Assembly: GCA_965248805.1 (NCBI GenBank)
Contig: CBDFKJ010000006.1
Coordinates: 205,473-269,472 of the forward strand
DNA length: 64,000 nucleotides
From: Alphaproteobacteria bacterium
GTDB taxonomy: Bacteria; Pseudomonadota; Alphaproteobacteria; UBA6615
Direction: 5' to 3'
Shown: piece after piece, positions 48,190 to 58,668 of the stretch
Numbering within the stretch: the stretch's first letter is position 1
How the letters are laid out: each line of letters begins with the position of its first letter
The notes under the pieces: model-generated
Told to the model about the DNA's origin: nothing
What the model saw: the letters and a program-made list of their open reading frames with translations, nothing else
Database searches by the model: none
Translations under genes and position numbers: made by a program

Positions 48190-50496
48190 ATGACCCGCGG
48201 TACACCAGACTCTCTAATGGTGGGCCCACCGGCGCGCAAGCGAGCCGGGGCGAGGCTTGCCGGCCTCGACCGCGCACAGCTGACGCGCTGGGTGCGGCGC
48301 TGGCGATTGCCGCGCCGGCTGGCGGTCGTGCTGACCGTGGCCGCCATCGCGGCGGGCATAACGACGTTCCTCACGCTGTCGGGCTCCAGTGGTTTCACGA
48401 ATGATCCGAATGCCGTACTGGCGCTGCTGGTTCTCGATCTCGCCTTGCTGCTCGTCCTCGGCGGGATCGTCGTCTGGCGCGTGGCAAAGCTTTGGGCGGA
48501 GCGGCGAGCCGGCGCGGCGGGGTCGCGTCTACATGTGCGGCTGGCGTCGATGTTCGCCGTCTTGGCGGTGGCGCCGGCTATTGTGCTGGTGATCCTCGGC
48601 GCCGCCTTCTTCGCCTTGGAGGTGCAGACATGGTTCAGCGAGCGTGTGCGTACGGCGGTCAATGAATCGGTCGCGGTGGCGGAAGCGTATTTGCGCGAAC
48701 ACAAACAGGTCATCGCCAGTGATGCGTTCGCCATGGCTAACGACTTGTACCGTCAGTGGCCTACGCTCTACGCCGACCCGCGGCGTCTGGATCGCGCGGT
48801 GGAAGCGCAATCCCGCTTGCGCGCCCTCAATGAAGCCGTCGTTTTCGAAGAGAATGGACATCCGCTGGCGTCGGCCGGACTTAGCCTGTCACTGCGCTTC
48901 GAGACGCCGCCCGAATGGGCTCTGCGCGAAGCCGCCGGCGGTGAGCTGGTGGTTCTCGCCGGCGGCGGCGATGACCGCGTACGGGCGCTTGTGGGTCTGC
49001 AAACCGTGCCGCAAGCGTTTCTGTTCGTCGGCCGGTTCGTCGATCCGGCCGTACTGCGGCACATCGATTTGGCACGCTCTGCCGCCACTCTCTACGAACA
49101 GTTGGAGTCGCGCCGCTACGGGCTGCAGGCGACGTTCGCGCTGATTTTCCTTCTGGTCGCCTTACTGCTGGTGCTGGCCGCGGTCGGGGTCGGGCTCAAC
49201 TACGCAACGCGATTGTCGCGGCCGATATCGAGCCTGGTCACGGCGGCGGAACGCGTACGCGCCGGCGATTTCAGCGCCCGCGTCGAAGAGGCGCCCGAGG
49301 AGGACGAACTGGGCATGCTGACCCGGGCCTTCAATCGAATGACCGGGCAATTGACGCAGAACCAACGTGAACTGATACAAGCGAACCGGCAACTCGACGA
49401 CCGCCGCCGGTTTACCGAAGCGGTGCTGGCCGGTGTGTCGGCGGGGGTTATCGGACTCGATGGCGAAACACGCATCAACCTGCCGAACCGATCGGCGTCA
49501 ATCCTGCTGTCGACCGGCCTGGAACGCCTGATCGGCGTGCGGCTTGGCGATGCGGTGCCGGAAATGGCCCGCCTTATCGACGCGGCCGTGAGCCGACCGT
49601 CGCAGATCAACGAGGCGCAGCTAGCGATCGAGCGCGACGGACGCTCGCGCACGCTGCTGGCGCGCGTTACGGCCGAGCACGCGCCGGACGGCGGCATCAA
49701 GGGTTTCGTGGTTACGTTTGATGACGTAACCGATCTGCTCGCGGCTCAGCGCAAAGCCGCATGGGCCGACGTGGCCCGCCGCATCGCGCATGAGATCAAG
49801 AACCCTCTGACGCCGATTCAGCTGTCCGCCGAGCGCCTGAAGCGAAAGTATCTGTCGGAGGTCAAGTCCGACCCGCAGACTTTTCAGCAGTGCACCGACA
49901 CCATCGTGCGCCACGTCGGCGGCATCGGGCGCATGGTGGATGAGTTCTCGAACTTTGCTCGAATGCCGGCACCCGTCATGCGGGCCGCCAACGTGGCGCA
50001 GATCTGCCGCGATGCGCTCGCTCTGCAATGTGCGGCGAGAACGGACATCGACTTTCGGCTGGACCTGCCCGACGCGGCGACCGTATTTCGATGCGACGCC
50101 GAGCAGGTCACGCAGGCGCTAACAAACTTGCTGAAGAACGCAACGGAAGCAATTGATGGCCGCGACACGAGCGCTGATCAGACGCCAAATGATGCGGGTT
50201 TTGTCGTCGTTCGCGTTGCGCAACACGGTCAAGATGTGCGTATCATAGTCGAAGACAATGGAAAGGGCCTGCCGGTCAACGCGCAATCGCGCCTGACGGA
50301 ACCCTATGTCACGACGCGGTCAAAAGGCACGGGGCTCGGCTTGGCGATCGTCAAAAAGATCATGGAAGATCACGGCGGCGATTTGCTTCTAGAGGCCCGC
50401 AAGGGAGGCGGCGCGCGCGCGCAGCTCGTGTTCGAGCAGGTGGACGACATGGGCGGTGCAGCGGTGCTGGATCACAGCGACACTCATGGCGCATGA
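48190..50496 (+). CDS. ntrY: sensor histidine kinase NtrY
   Basis: 768 aa with N-terminal TM segments, HAMP and PAS domains, HisKA (IAHEIKNPLTPIQLS) and HATPase. Sits upstream of ntrX. Confidence 0.9.
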   Translation: MTRGTPDSLMVGPPARKRAGARLAGLDRAQLTRWVRRWRLPRRLAVVLTVAAIAAGITTFLTLSGSSGFTNDPNAVLALLVLDLALLLVLGGIVVWRVAKLWAERRAGAAGSRLHVRLASMFAVLAVAPAIVLVILGAAFFALEVQTWFSERVRTAVNESVAVAEAYLREHKQVIASDAFAMANDLYRQWPTLYADPRRLDRAVEAQSRLRALNEAVVFEENGHPLASAGLSLSLRFETPPEWALREAAGGELVVLAGGGDDRVRALVGLQTVPQAFLFVGRFVDPAVLRHIDLARSAATLYEQLESRRYGLQATFALIFLLVALLLVLAAVGVGLNYATRLSRPISSLVTAAERVRAGDFSARVEEAPEEDELGMLTRAFNRMTGQLTQNQRELIQANRQLDDRRRFTEAVLAGVSAGVIGLDGETRINLPNRSASILLSTGLERLIGVRLGDAVPEMARLIDAAVSRPSQINEAQLAIERDGRSRTLLARVTAEHAPDGGIKGFVVTFDDVTDLLAAQRKAAWADVARRIAHEIKNPLTPIQLSAERLKRKYLSEVKSDPQTFQQCTDTIVRHVGGIGRMVDEFSNFARMPAPVMRAANVAQICRDALALQCAARTDIDFRLDLPDAATVFRCDAEQVTQALTNLLKNATEAIDGRDTSADQTPNDAGFVVVRVAQHGQDVRIIVEDNGKGLPVNAQSRLTEPYVTTRSKGTGLGLAIVKKIMEDHGGDLLLEARKGGGARAQLVFEQVDDMGGAAVLDHSDTHGA

Positions 50497-51895
50497 CATT
50501 CTGATCGTCGATGACGAAGACGACATTCGGCTACTGATAGCCGGGATTCTTAAAGACGAAGGCTACGCGACGCGCGAAGCGCGAAGTGACGTCGAGGCCT
50601 TCGCGGCGGTCGATGCCCGCCAACCGACGCTGGTCATCCTCGACATCTGGCTGGAAGGGTCCAAACTCGACGGCCTGCAAATACTCGAGGGATTGTGCCG
50701 CGATCACGCTGACGTACCGACCATCATGATCAGCGGCCATGGCACCGTCGACAGCGCGGTGCAGGCGATAAAGGTCGGCGCCTACGAGTTCATAGAAAAG
50801 CCGTTTAAGGCCGACCGCTTGCTACTGACCGTTGCGCGCGCCATCGAAGCCGCGCGCTTGCGTCGAGAGAACACCGAGCTGCGCCTGTTGGCGGGCGGCG
50901 AGGTGGAGCTTGTCGGCGCATCGAGCGTTATGGCTCAGCTGCGCCAAGCCGTGCGCAAAGTAGCGCCAACCGGCAGCCGCGTGCTGATCGCCGGTCCGCC
51001 GGGCTCCGGCAAGGAAGTCATTGCGCGCATGCTGCACAGAAATTCTAAACGCGCCGAGGGGCCGTTTGTCGCCATCAATTGCGCCACGATGGCTCCGGAG
51101 CGCATGGAGATCGAGCTGTTCGGCGTCGAGAGCGGTCACGGCGATCAGCGGGCGCGCAAGGTTGGCGTGTTCGAGCAGGCGCATATGGGCACCTTGTTTT
51201 TCGACCAGGTCTCGGACATGCCGTTGGAGACCCAGGGCAAAATTGTGCGCGTGCTACAGGATCAGACCTTCGTTCGCGTCGGTGGCACGCACCCTGTCCA
51301 TGTCGACGTCAGGGTTATCGGCGCCACGTCGAAGGATTTGCAGGCGGCGATCGCGGAGGGGCAGTTCCGCGAAGATTTGTACTACCGGTTGAACGTCGTG
51401 CCGCTGAAAGTGCCGCCGCTGGCGGAGCGCCGCGTCGATATCCCGGCGTTGATCGCGCACTTCATGTCGCGAGCCGCCGAATCTTCGGGACTACCCGCGC
51501 GTCAACTCGGTTCCGACGCGTTGGCGGCGGTGCAAGCCTACCATTGGCCCGGCAACGTGCGGCAGCTGCGTAACTTTGTGGAATGGATGTTGATCATGGC
51601 GCCGGGCCAGGCTGATGAATCGGTCACGGCAGAGGCATTGCCCGTGCAGATCGGCGCCGAGACGCCAGCCATGGGCGGGCGCAACGGTTTCGAGATGATC
51701 GGCATGTCGTTGCGCGAAGCGCGCGAGGAATTCGAGCGCCAATATCTGAAGGCACAGATCGCCCGGTTCGGCGGCAACATTTCACGCACGGCCGCGTTCG
51801 TGCGCATGGAGCGTTCGGCGTTGCATCGCAAGCTCAAGGCGCTGGGCCTGCATGGCGGAAACAATGTGGCCGAGCACACGACGGCCGATCATTGA
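50486..51895 (+). CDS. ntrX: sigma-54-dependent response regulator NtrX
   Basis: REC (MAHDILIVDDEDDIR), AAA+ (GPPGSGKE) and HTH domains. Start at ATG 50486, overlapping the ntrY 3' end. Confidence 0.9.
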   Translation: MAHDILIVDDEDDIRLLIAGILKDEGYATREARSDVEAFAAVDARQPTLVILDIWLEGSKLDGLQILEGLCRDHADVPTIMISGHGTVDSAVQAIKVGAYEFIEKPFKADRLLLTVARAIEAARLRRENTELRLLAGGEVELVGASSVMAQLRQAVRKVAPTGSRVLIAGPPGSGKEVIARMLHRNSKRAEGPFVAINCATMAPERMEIELFGVESGHGDQRARKVGVFEQAHMGTLFFDQVSDMPLETQGKIVRVLQDQTFVRVGGTHPVHVDVRVIGATSKDLQAAIAEGQFREDLYYRLNVVPLKVPPLAERRVDIPALIAHFMSRAAESSGLPARQLGSDALAAVQAYHWPGNVRQLRNFVEWMLIMAPGQADESVTAEALPVQIGAETPAMGGRNGFEMIGMSLREAREEFERQYLKAQIARFGGNISRTAAFVRMERSALHRKLKALGLHGGNNVAEHTTADH

Positions 51896-51942
51896 CTCAC
51901 TCATTGCCGCCGTGCCCGTCCAGCGGCTAAGAGCATCATTCT

Positions 51943-53319
51943 ATGAGAGCGATTGTGTGTGGCGCCGGCCAGGTCGGCTCGAATATCGCCAGTGAGCTGG
52001 CCACAGAAAGCGTCGATGTCACCGTCATCGACCAGCGTGACGAGCTCATCCAGCGGCTCGGCGACCGCCTGGACGTGCGCGCCATCGTTGGCTACGCCTC
52101 GCAACCCGATGTGCTGAAAGGCGCCGGCGCCGCGGATGCCGATCTGATCATCGCCGTCACCCAGGCCGATGAAGTGAACATGGTTGCGTGCCAGGTCGCG
52201 CATACCCTGTTCGACGTGCCGAAGAAGATCGCCCGGGTGCGCGCGCGCAGCTACTTGCAGCCGGACTGGGCGACGCTGTTTGCCCGCGACCATCTGCCGA
52301 TCGATGTGATCATCTCGCCAGAGATCGAGGTCGCCCACGCCATCAACCGGCGGCTGAGCGTGCCGGGCGCCTTTGATGTCATTCCCCTGGCGCGCAATCA
52401 GCTGCGACTGATCGGCCTGCGCTGCACCGATGACTGCCCGATCGCCCACACGCCGCTGCGCCAGTTGACTGCGCTTTTCCCCGATCTGAACATCGTGGTC
52501 GTGGGGATCAGGCGCGACGACCGCCCCATCGTGCCCAGCGGCGACGACCAAATGCTGCCGGGCGACAACGTTTATTTCGTAGTCGAGACCTCGCAGACGG
52601 CGCGTGCGATGGCGGCGTTCGGCCATGAAGAACCGGAAGCGCGGCGGATCGTGTTGATAGGGGGCGGTAACATCGGTCAGGTGCTGGCCGAAGACCTCGA
52701 AGCCAACATGAGCGGCGTCAAGATCCGGTTGATCGAAATCGACAAGGCGCGCGCCGAATTGGTTGCGCAGGCCTGCGGCAAGACCATTGTCATTCACGGC
52801 GACGCCTTGGACCCGGAGATCTTGAGCGAGGCCGGCGTGGAGCGCGCCGATACGGTGGTCGCCGTCAGCAATGACGACGAGGTCAACATCCTGGCCTCAC
52901 TGCTCGCGAAGCGCTCCGGCAGCCAACGCGCGGTCACGCTGGTCAACAAGCTGAGCTACGGTCCGCTGATGCACCCGCTGGGGATCGACGTTGTGGTCAA
53001 CCCGCGCGCCATCACGGTGTCGACGATCCTTCAGCATATCCGGCGCGGCCGCATCCACTCGGTTCACCTGGTCAGTGACGATTTCGGCGAGATCATCGAG
53101 GCCGAGGCCCTCGATACGTCGAGCCTTATCGGCCGGCCACTGCGCGAGGCCAAGCTGCCGCAGGGCGTGATCGTCGGCGCCCTGGTGCGGAACGGCAAGG
53201 TCCTGATGGCGCGGCCCGCCACGACATTCCATGTCGGAGACCGGGTGATCGTGTTCGCGACGAAGGCCGCGGTGAAGAAGGTTGAAAAATTGTTCTCCGT
53301 CAGGCTGGAGTATTTCTAA
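51943..53319 (+). CDS. trkA: Trk potassium uptake system NAD-binding protein TrkA
   Basis: 458 aa with two RCK_N Rossmann domains (GAGQVG..., GGGNIGQ...). Confidence 0.9.
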   Translation: MRAIVCGAGQVGSNIASELATESVDVTVIDQRDELIQRLGDRLDVRAIVGYASQPDVLKGAGAADADLIIAVTQADEVNMVACQVAHTLFDVPKKIARVRARSYLQPDWATLFARDHLPIDVIISPEIEVAHAINRRLSVPGAFDVIPLARNQLRLIGLRCTDDCPIAHTPLRQLTALFPDLNIVVVGIRRDDRPIVPSGDDQMLPGDNVYFVVETSQTARAMAAFGHEEPEARRIVLIGGGNIGQVLAEDLEANMSGVKIRLIEIDKARAELVAQACGKTIVIHGDALDPEILSEAGVERADTVVAVSNDDEVNILASLLAKRSGSQRAVTLVNKLSYGPLMHPLGIDVVVNPRAITVSTILQHIRRGRIHSVHLVSDDFGEIIEAEALDTSSLIGRPLREAKLPQGVIVGALVRNGKVLMARPATTFHVGDRVIVFATKAAVKKVEKLFSVRLEYF

Positions 53320-53542
53320 ACTGGCGCCGCACACATGGCTGATCCGGCCAGAGGTTGGCAGCGTACGTGTGGCCATGGTTGCAGGCGTCTGCAATCCGAT
53401 TTATCAAGGGGCCTGCGTACCGGCATCCGCCCAAAGCGCATGCAACCCGCGTAGTAGGTGGCAATTGCTGGGGACGGGTGCCTCGTGCGTGCCGGTAACC
53501 GTCGGCTGAGGTTCGAAAATAGCATAATGATCGGGGGCTCCG

Positions 53543-53806
53543 ATGGCGGCAGAAAAGCCTCAAAACGTACAAGACGTATTCCTCAACCACATTCGCAAGA
53601 ACAAGACGCCGGTGACGGTGTTCTTGGTCAATGGCGTCAAGCTGCAGGGAGTGATCACGTGGTTCGACAACTTCTGCGTGCTTCTGCGCCGTGACGGGCA
53701 TTCGCAACTGGTCTACAAGCACGCCATATCGACGGTGATGCCGGCGGTTTCGATCCAGTTATTCGAGCCCAACGAGAAGGAAGAGGTTGCCGAAGCCGAA
53801 GCCTAA
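53543..53806 (+). CDS. hfq: RNA chaperone Hfq
   Basis: 87 aa with the Sm1/Sm2 motifs ([22 protein letters not shown]; YKHAIST). Confidence 0.95.
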   Translation: MAAEKPQNVQDVFLNHIRKNKTPVTVFLVNGVKLQGVITWFDNFCVLLRRDGHSQLVYKHAISTVMPAVSIQLFEPNEKEEVAEAEA

Positions 53807-53859
53807 TCCGGTTCGGGGCGGCCCCGTCGCGTTGGCCCTGTAATTCTCCAGGTGGTTCG

Positions 53860-55158
<1,299 letters not shown>

Positions 55159-55204
55159 AAATCGTGTTTGCTGAGCCGTTGATGAGAATAGGGGAGGGGC
55201 CGTC

Positions 55205-56083
55205 ATGACCGACCGCCATAGCGTCGCATTCCTCGGGCTCGGCGTCATGGGGAATCCGATGGCCGGCCATCTCAGCGCCGCCGGCCACGCGGTTACGGTC
55301 TACAACCGCACCTCGGCGAAGGCGCGCGCCTGGGTCGAACAGCACGGCGGGACGGCAGCGTCGGCGCCGCGTGAGGCGGCGGCGGGCGCGTCGATCGTGT
55401 TAATGTGCGTGGGCAATGACGACGACGTGCGTAGCGTCGCCTATGGCGATGACGGCGCGCTGGCAGGAATGGAGAGCGGCGCGGTCCTGGTCGATCACAC
55501 GACGGCATCGGCCGATCTGGCGCGCGAGCTCGACGCCACCGCCAAGGAGCGCGGTCTCGGATTTCTCGACGCCCCGGTGTCCGGCGGTCAGGCCGGCGCC
55601 GAAAACGGTGCCTTGACGGTCATGGTCGGCGGTGATCGGCCGGCGTTCGACACGGCGCGGCCGATCATCGACGCCTATGCCCGTAGTTGTGTGCTGCTGG
55701 GCCCGGCTGGGAGCGGGCAGTTGACCAAGATGGTCAACCAACTCTGCATCGCCGGGCTGGTGCAGGGTCTGGCCGAGGGCCTCAATTTCGGCGCTCGGGC
55801 CGGCCTCGACATGGCCAGCGTCGTCGACGTCATCTCGAAAGGCGCCGCACAATCGTGGCAGATGGACAACCGCGCCCCGACCATGCTCGAGAGCAAGTTC
55901 GACTCCGGCTTTGCCGTCGACTGGATGCGCAAGGATTTGGGCATCTGTCTCGCCGAGGCACGCCACAACGGCGCCCGCCTGCCGGTGGCGGCGCTGGTCG
56001 ATCAGTTCTACGCCCAGGTACAGGCGCGGGGCGGCAAGCGCTGGGATACGTCCTCGCTCATCCAGCTACTGACAAACGATTGA
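55205..56083 (+). CDS. NAD(P)-dependent oxidoreductase, 3-hydroxyisobutyrate/2-hydroxy-3-oxopropionate reductase family
   Basis: GLGVMGNPMAGHL Rossmann motif and a 6PGDH-like NAD-binding C-domain. Confidence 0.8.
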   Translation: MTDRHSVAFLGLGVMGNPMAGHLSAAGHAVTVYNRTSAKARAWVEQHGGTAASAPREAAAGASIVLMCVGNDDDVRSVAYGDDGALAGMESGAVLVDHTTASADLARELDATAKERGLGFLDAPVSGGQAGAENGALTVMVGGDRPAFDTARPIIDAYARSCVLLGPAGSGQLTKMVNQLCIAGLVQGLAEGLNFGARAGLDMASVVDVISKGAAQSWQMDNRAPTMLESKFDSGFAVDWMRKDLGICLAEARHNGARLPVAALVDQFYAQVQARGGKRWDTSSLIQLLTND

Positions 56084-56098
56084 GTATCAATCGCTTGT

Positions 56099-56899
56099 CT
56101 AAGGTTTCTCACGTTCGTCAACTTTTGCTTGCTGCCACAGCCGTTCGAGTTCGCCCAAACCAACGTCCTGCGGCTTCTGATCCAATGCCGCAAGAGCGGC
56201 TCCGATATAATTGAATCGCCTAACGAATTTGTGATTTGTCTGTCGCAAGGATTCCTCTGAATCGACGCCAAGGTGCCGCGCCAAATTGGCACAGGCAAAG
56301 AGCAGGTCGCCGATCTCTTCACCGACGCGGCGTGCGTCGACCGGCGCGACCAACTCGGCGCGCAGTTCGCCAATCTCCTCTTCGATCTTGTCGAGCACCT
56401 GACCCGCCTCCGGCCAATCGAAACCGACGCGCGCGGCCCGGCGCTGCAGCTTCTCGGCCCGCACCAGGGCCGGGAGGTTCTTCGGCACCCCGTCGAGGGC
56501 GCTCGCGCGCCCGTGCGGTGCGGCGGCGGCCCGCTCTTCGGCTTTGTGTTCCTCCCAACGCCCGCGCAGAGTCTCAGCGTCAGCGCGCTCATCGCCGAAC
56601 ACATGTGGATGGCGGCGCAGCGTCTTGGCCGCGATCGCGCCGGCAACGTCCTCGAAATCGAAATGTCCGGCCTCGTCCGCCATCTGGGCGTGGAACACGA
56701 CCTGCAGCAGCAGATCACCAAGCTCATCCATAAGTGACGGCAAGTCGGCCCGATCGATGGCGTCGGCGACTTCGTAGGCTTCCTCGATTGTGTAGGGCGC
56801 GATGGTGGCAAATGTCTGCGCTACATCCCACGGACAACCGCTGTCCGGGTCGCGCAGCTGCGCCATGATCTCAAGCAGGCGGGAAAGGTTGGGTGTCAT
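56099..56899 (-). CDS. mazG: nucleoside triphosphate pyrophosphohydrolase MazG
   Basis: Tandem MazG domains (EEAYEV, ELGDLLLQVVFHAQ). Start at ATG 56899, trimming the upstream extension. Confidence 0.88.
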   Translation of the reverse strand: MTPNLSRLLEIMAQLRDPDSGCPWDVAQTFATIAPYTIEEAYEVADAIDRADLPSLMDELGDLLLQVVFHAQMADEAGHFDFEDVAGAIAAKTLRRHPHVFGDERADAETLRGRWEEHKAEERAAAAPHGRASALDGVPKNLPALVRAEKLQRRAARVGFDWPEAGQVLDKIEEEIGELRAELVAPVDARRVGEEIGDLLFACANLARHLGVDSEESLRQTNHKFVRRFNYIGAALAALDQKPQDVGLGELERLWQQAKVDEREKP

Positions 56900-57099
56900 T
56901 GCCGATTTTGCTCTCGGATCCCGTGCCGGCCGTGAGTAGCACACGTCCGGTATTGCACAAGGCGCAGGGGTACCCATCGCGCCGCCCCAGTTAGCGCATA
57001 ATGTATATTATGGAAAATAATCGCACAGGAGGCAGGGGACATGGCCGTATCAATCCGCAGGGGCAACGGGCGTTTGTCGCCGGTGAAGGCTCACACCGG

Positions 57100-57885
57100 C
57101 TACCCTTCACACGTGACGACTAGGCCGTCATAGGCGGGTTCGACTCCCGGTGGACACTTCGCTTTCAACGCGTCGTAGTCCAACGTGTGGTTCATGTGCG
57201 TCAGCAAGGCGCGTTTCGGCCGCACGCGCGCAATCCATTCCAGTGATTGCGCCAGATGGCTATGGGTCGGATGCGGCCGGTCCGATACGCAGTCGACGAT
57301 CCAAACTTCGACGCCGGCCAACGCCGCGAACGCCGCTTCGTCGAGTGCCTTGGCATCGGTCGAATACGCCACCGGGCCAAAACGGAAGCCCAACGAGCCG
57401 CTGCGCCCGTGGGCTTGTTCAAAAGGTACGATGTCGATGTCGCCGACGCGGAATGGCCCGTCGATCTCGATAGCGCGCAAGGCAGGCTTGTACCATTCCT
57501 TGCGGTCCGGGGCGGGCTCGAAAAATACATAGGGGAACCGGTCGTGGATCTGTGCCAGCGTGTCCGTCGTGCCGTAGGCATCCAGCGCTCGCCGCAGATT
57601 GAAGTTGATCGAGCGGATGTCGTCTATGCCGTGTAGATGATCGGCATGGGCGTGCGTGTACAACACGGCGTCGAGCAGCCAGACGCCGGCATCCATGAGC
57701 TGCATTTTCAAGTCAGGTGACGTGTCAACCAAAAGCGTTGTGTCGCCGCGCTGCACCAAGATCGACACTCGCCGCCGCCAATTCTTCGGATTCTGCGGAT
57801 TGCACTCGCCCCAGCCCCTCGGCCCCAATAGCGGCACGCCACCGGAACTGCCACAACCCAGGATCGTGACGCGCGTTGCGCTCAT
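57100..57885 (-). CDS. MBL-fold metallo-hydrolase
   Basis: 261 aa with the HxHxDH motif (YTHAHADHLHG). Confidence 0.8.
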   Translation of the reverse strand: MSATRVTILGCGSSGGVPLLGPRGWGECNPQNPKNWRRRVSILVQRGDTTLLVDTSPDLKMQLMDAGVWLLDAVLYTHAHADHLHGIDDIRSINFNLRRALDAYGTTDTLAQIHDRFPYVFFEPAPDRKEWYKPALRAIEIDGPFRVGDIDIVPFEQAHGRSGSLGFRFGPVAYSTDAKALDEAAFAALAGVEVWIVDCVSDRPHPTHSHLAQSLEWIARVRPKRALLTHMNHTLDYDALKAKCPPGVEPAYDGLVVTCEG

Positions 57886-58664
57886 GCCGCGTGCAGCACG
57901 CTGCGGAACAGTGCGAAAAAGTTGTCCGTTGTGACCGACGCAATTTCTTCCGCTTTCAGTCCTTTGATCGCCGCCAATTGAGATGCCGTATGAACAACGA
58001 AAGAAGGCTCGTTGCGCTTGCCGCGGTGCGGCACCGGAGCGAGATAGGGCGCGTCGGTCTCGACCAACAGGCGGTCCAGCGGCAGCGTGCTCGCGAGCGC
58101 CCGCAGATCGTCGGCCTTCTTGAAGGTCACGATTCCGGAAAGGCTGACGTACATTCGTAATTCAATCGTCTTTTCAGCAAGTTGTTGGCTTGAGCTAAAG
58201 CAGTGCATGACGCCAGTGAAGGCACCGGCCCGCATTTCCTCGGCCAGGATCGCCGCCATCTCGTCATCGGCATCACGGCTATGGACGATCAACGGCAGGC
58301 CGGTTTCGCGCGCGGCCGCGATATGGACGCGGAAACTCTGCCGCTGCGCGTCGCGCGGGCTGTGATCGTAGAAATAGTCGAGCCCTGTCTCACCGATGCC
58401 GACCACTTTCGGATGCTCCGCACACCTGATCAGGATGTCGGGGTCGGTGAGCCCCTGCCCCGCCGCCTCGTGCGGATGCACGCCGACGGTGCAATAGACA
58501 TTCTCGAAGCGCTCGGCCACGGCCAACACTCGGTCGAACTGGTCGAGCCGGGTGCCGATGGTCACCATCACGCCGACACCCGCCGCGCCGGCGCGGGCCA
58601 CGACGTCATCCAGCTCGTCGGCGAAATCGGGGAAGTCCAAGTGGCAGTGGCTGTCGACTAACAT
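57882..58664 (-). CDS. tatD: TatD family deoxyribonuclease/hydrolase
   Basis: MLVDSHCHLDF start and TatD metal ligands. The ORF-track 121-codon upstream extension is rejected. Confidence 0.88.
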   Translation of the reverse strand: MLVDSHCHLDFPDFADELDDVVARAGAAGVGVMVTIGTRLDQFDRVLAVAERFENVYCTVGVHPHEAAGQGLTDPDILIRCAEHPKVVGIGETGLDYFYDHSPRDAQRQSFRVHIAAARETGLPLIVHSRDADDEMAAILAEEMRAGAFTGVMHCFSSSQQLAEKTIELRMYVSLSGIVTFKKADDLRALASTLPLDRLLVETDAPYLAPVPHRGKRNEPSFVVHTASQLAAIKGLKAEEIASVTTDNFFALFRSVLHAA

Positions 58665-58668
58665 GCGC

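Noticed and set aside
50456-50496. 41-bp ntrY/ntrX overlap implied by the ORF track
   Set aside because: NtrX clearly begins at the internal ATG 50486 (MAHDILIVDDEDDIR, a canonical receiver-domain N-terminus). That leaves an ordinary 11-bp overlap.
53320-53542. Possible sigma-54 promoter (TGGCCatggtTGCA) in the 222-bp region upstream of hfq, attractive because ntrC and ntrX are adjacent
   Set aside because: The GG-to-GC spacing is two nucleotides shorter than the strict -24/-12 consensus (TGGCAC-N5-TTGCA), so it is unlikely to be a functional sigma-54 site. No other defined element was recognised.
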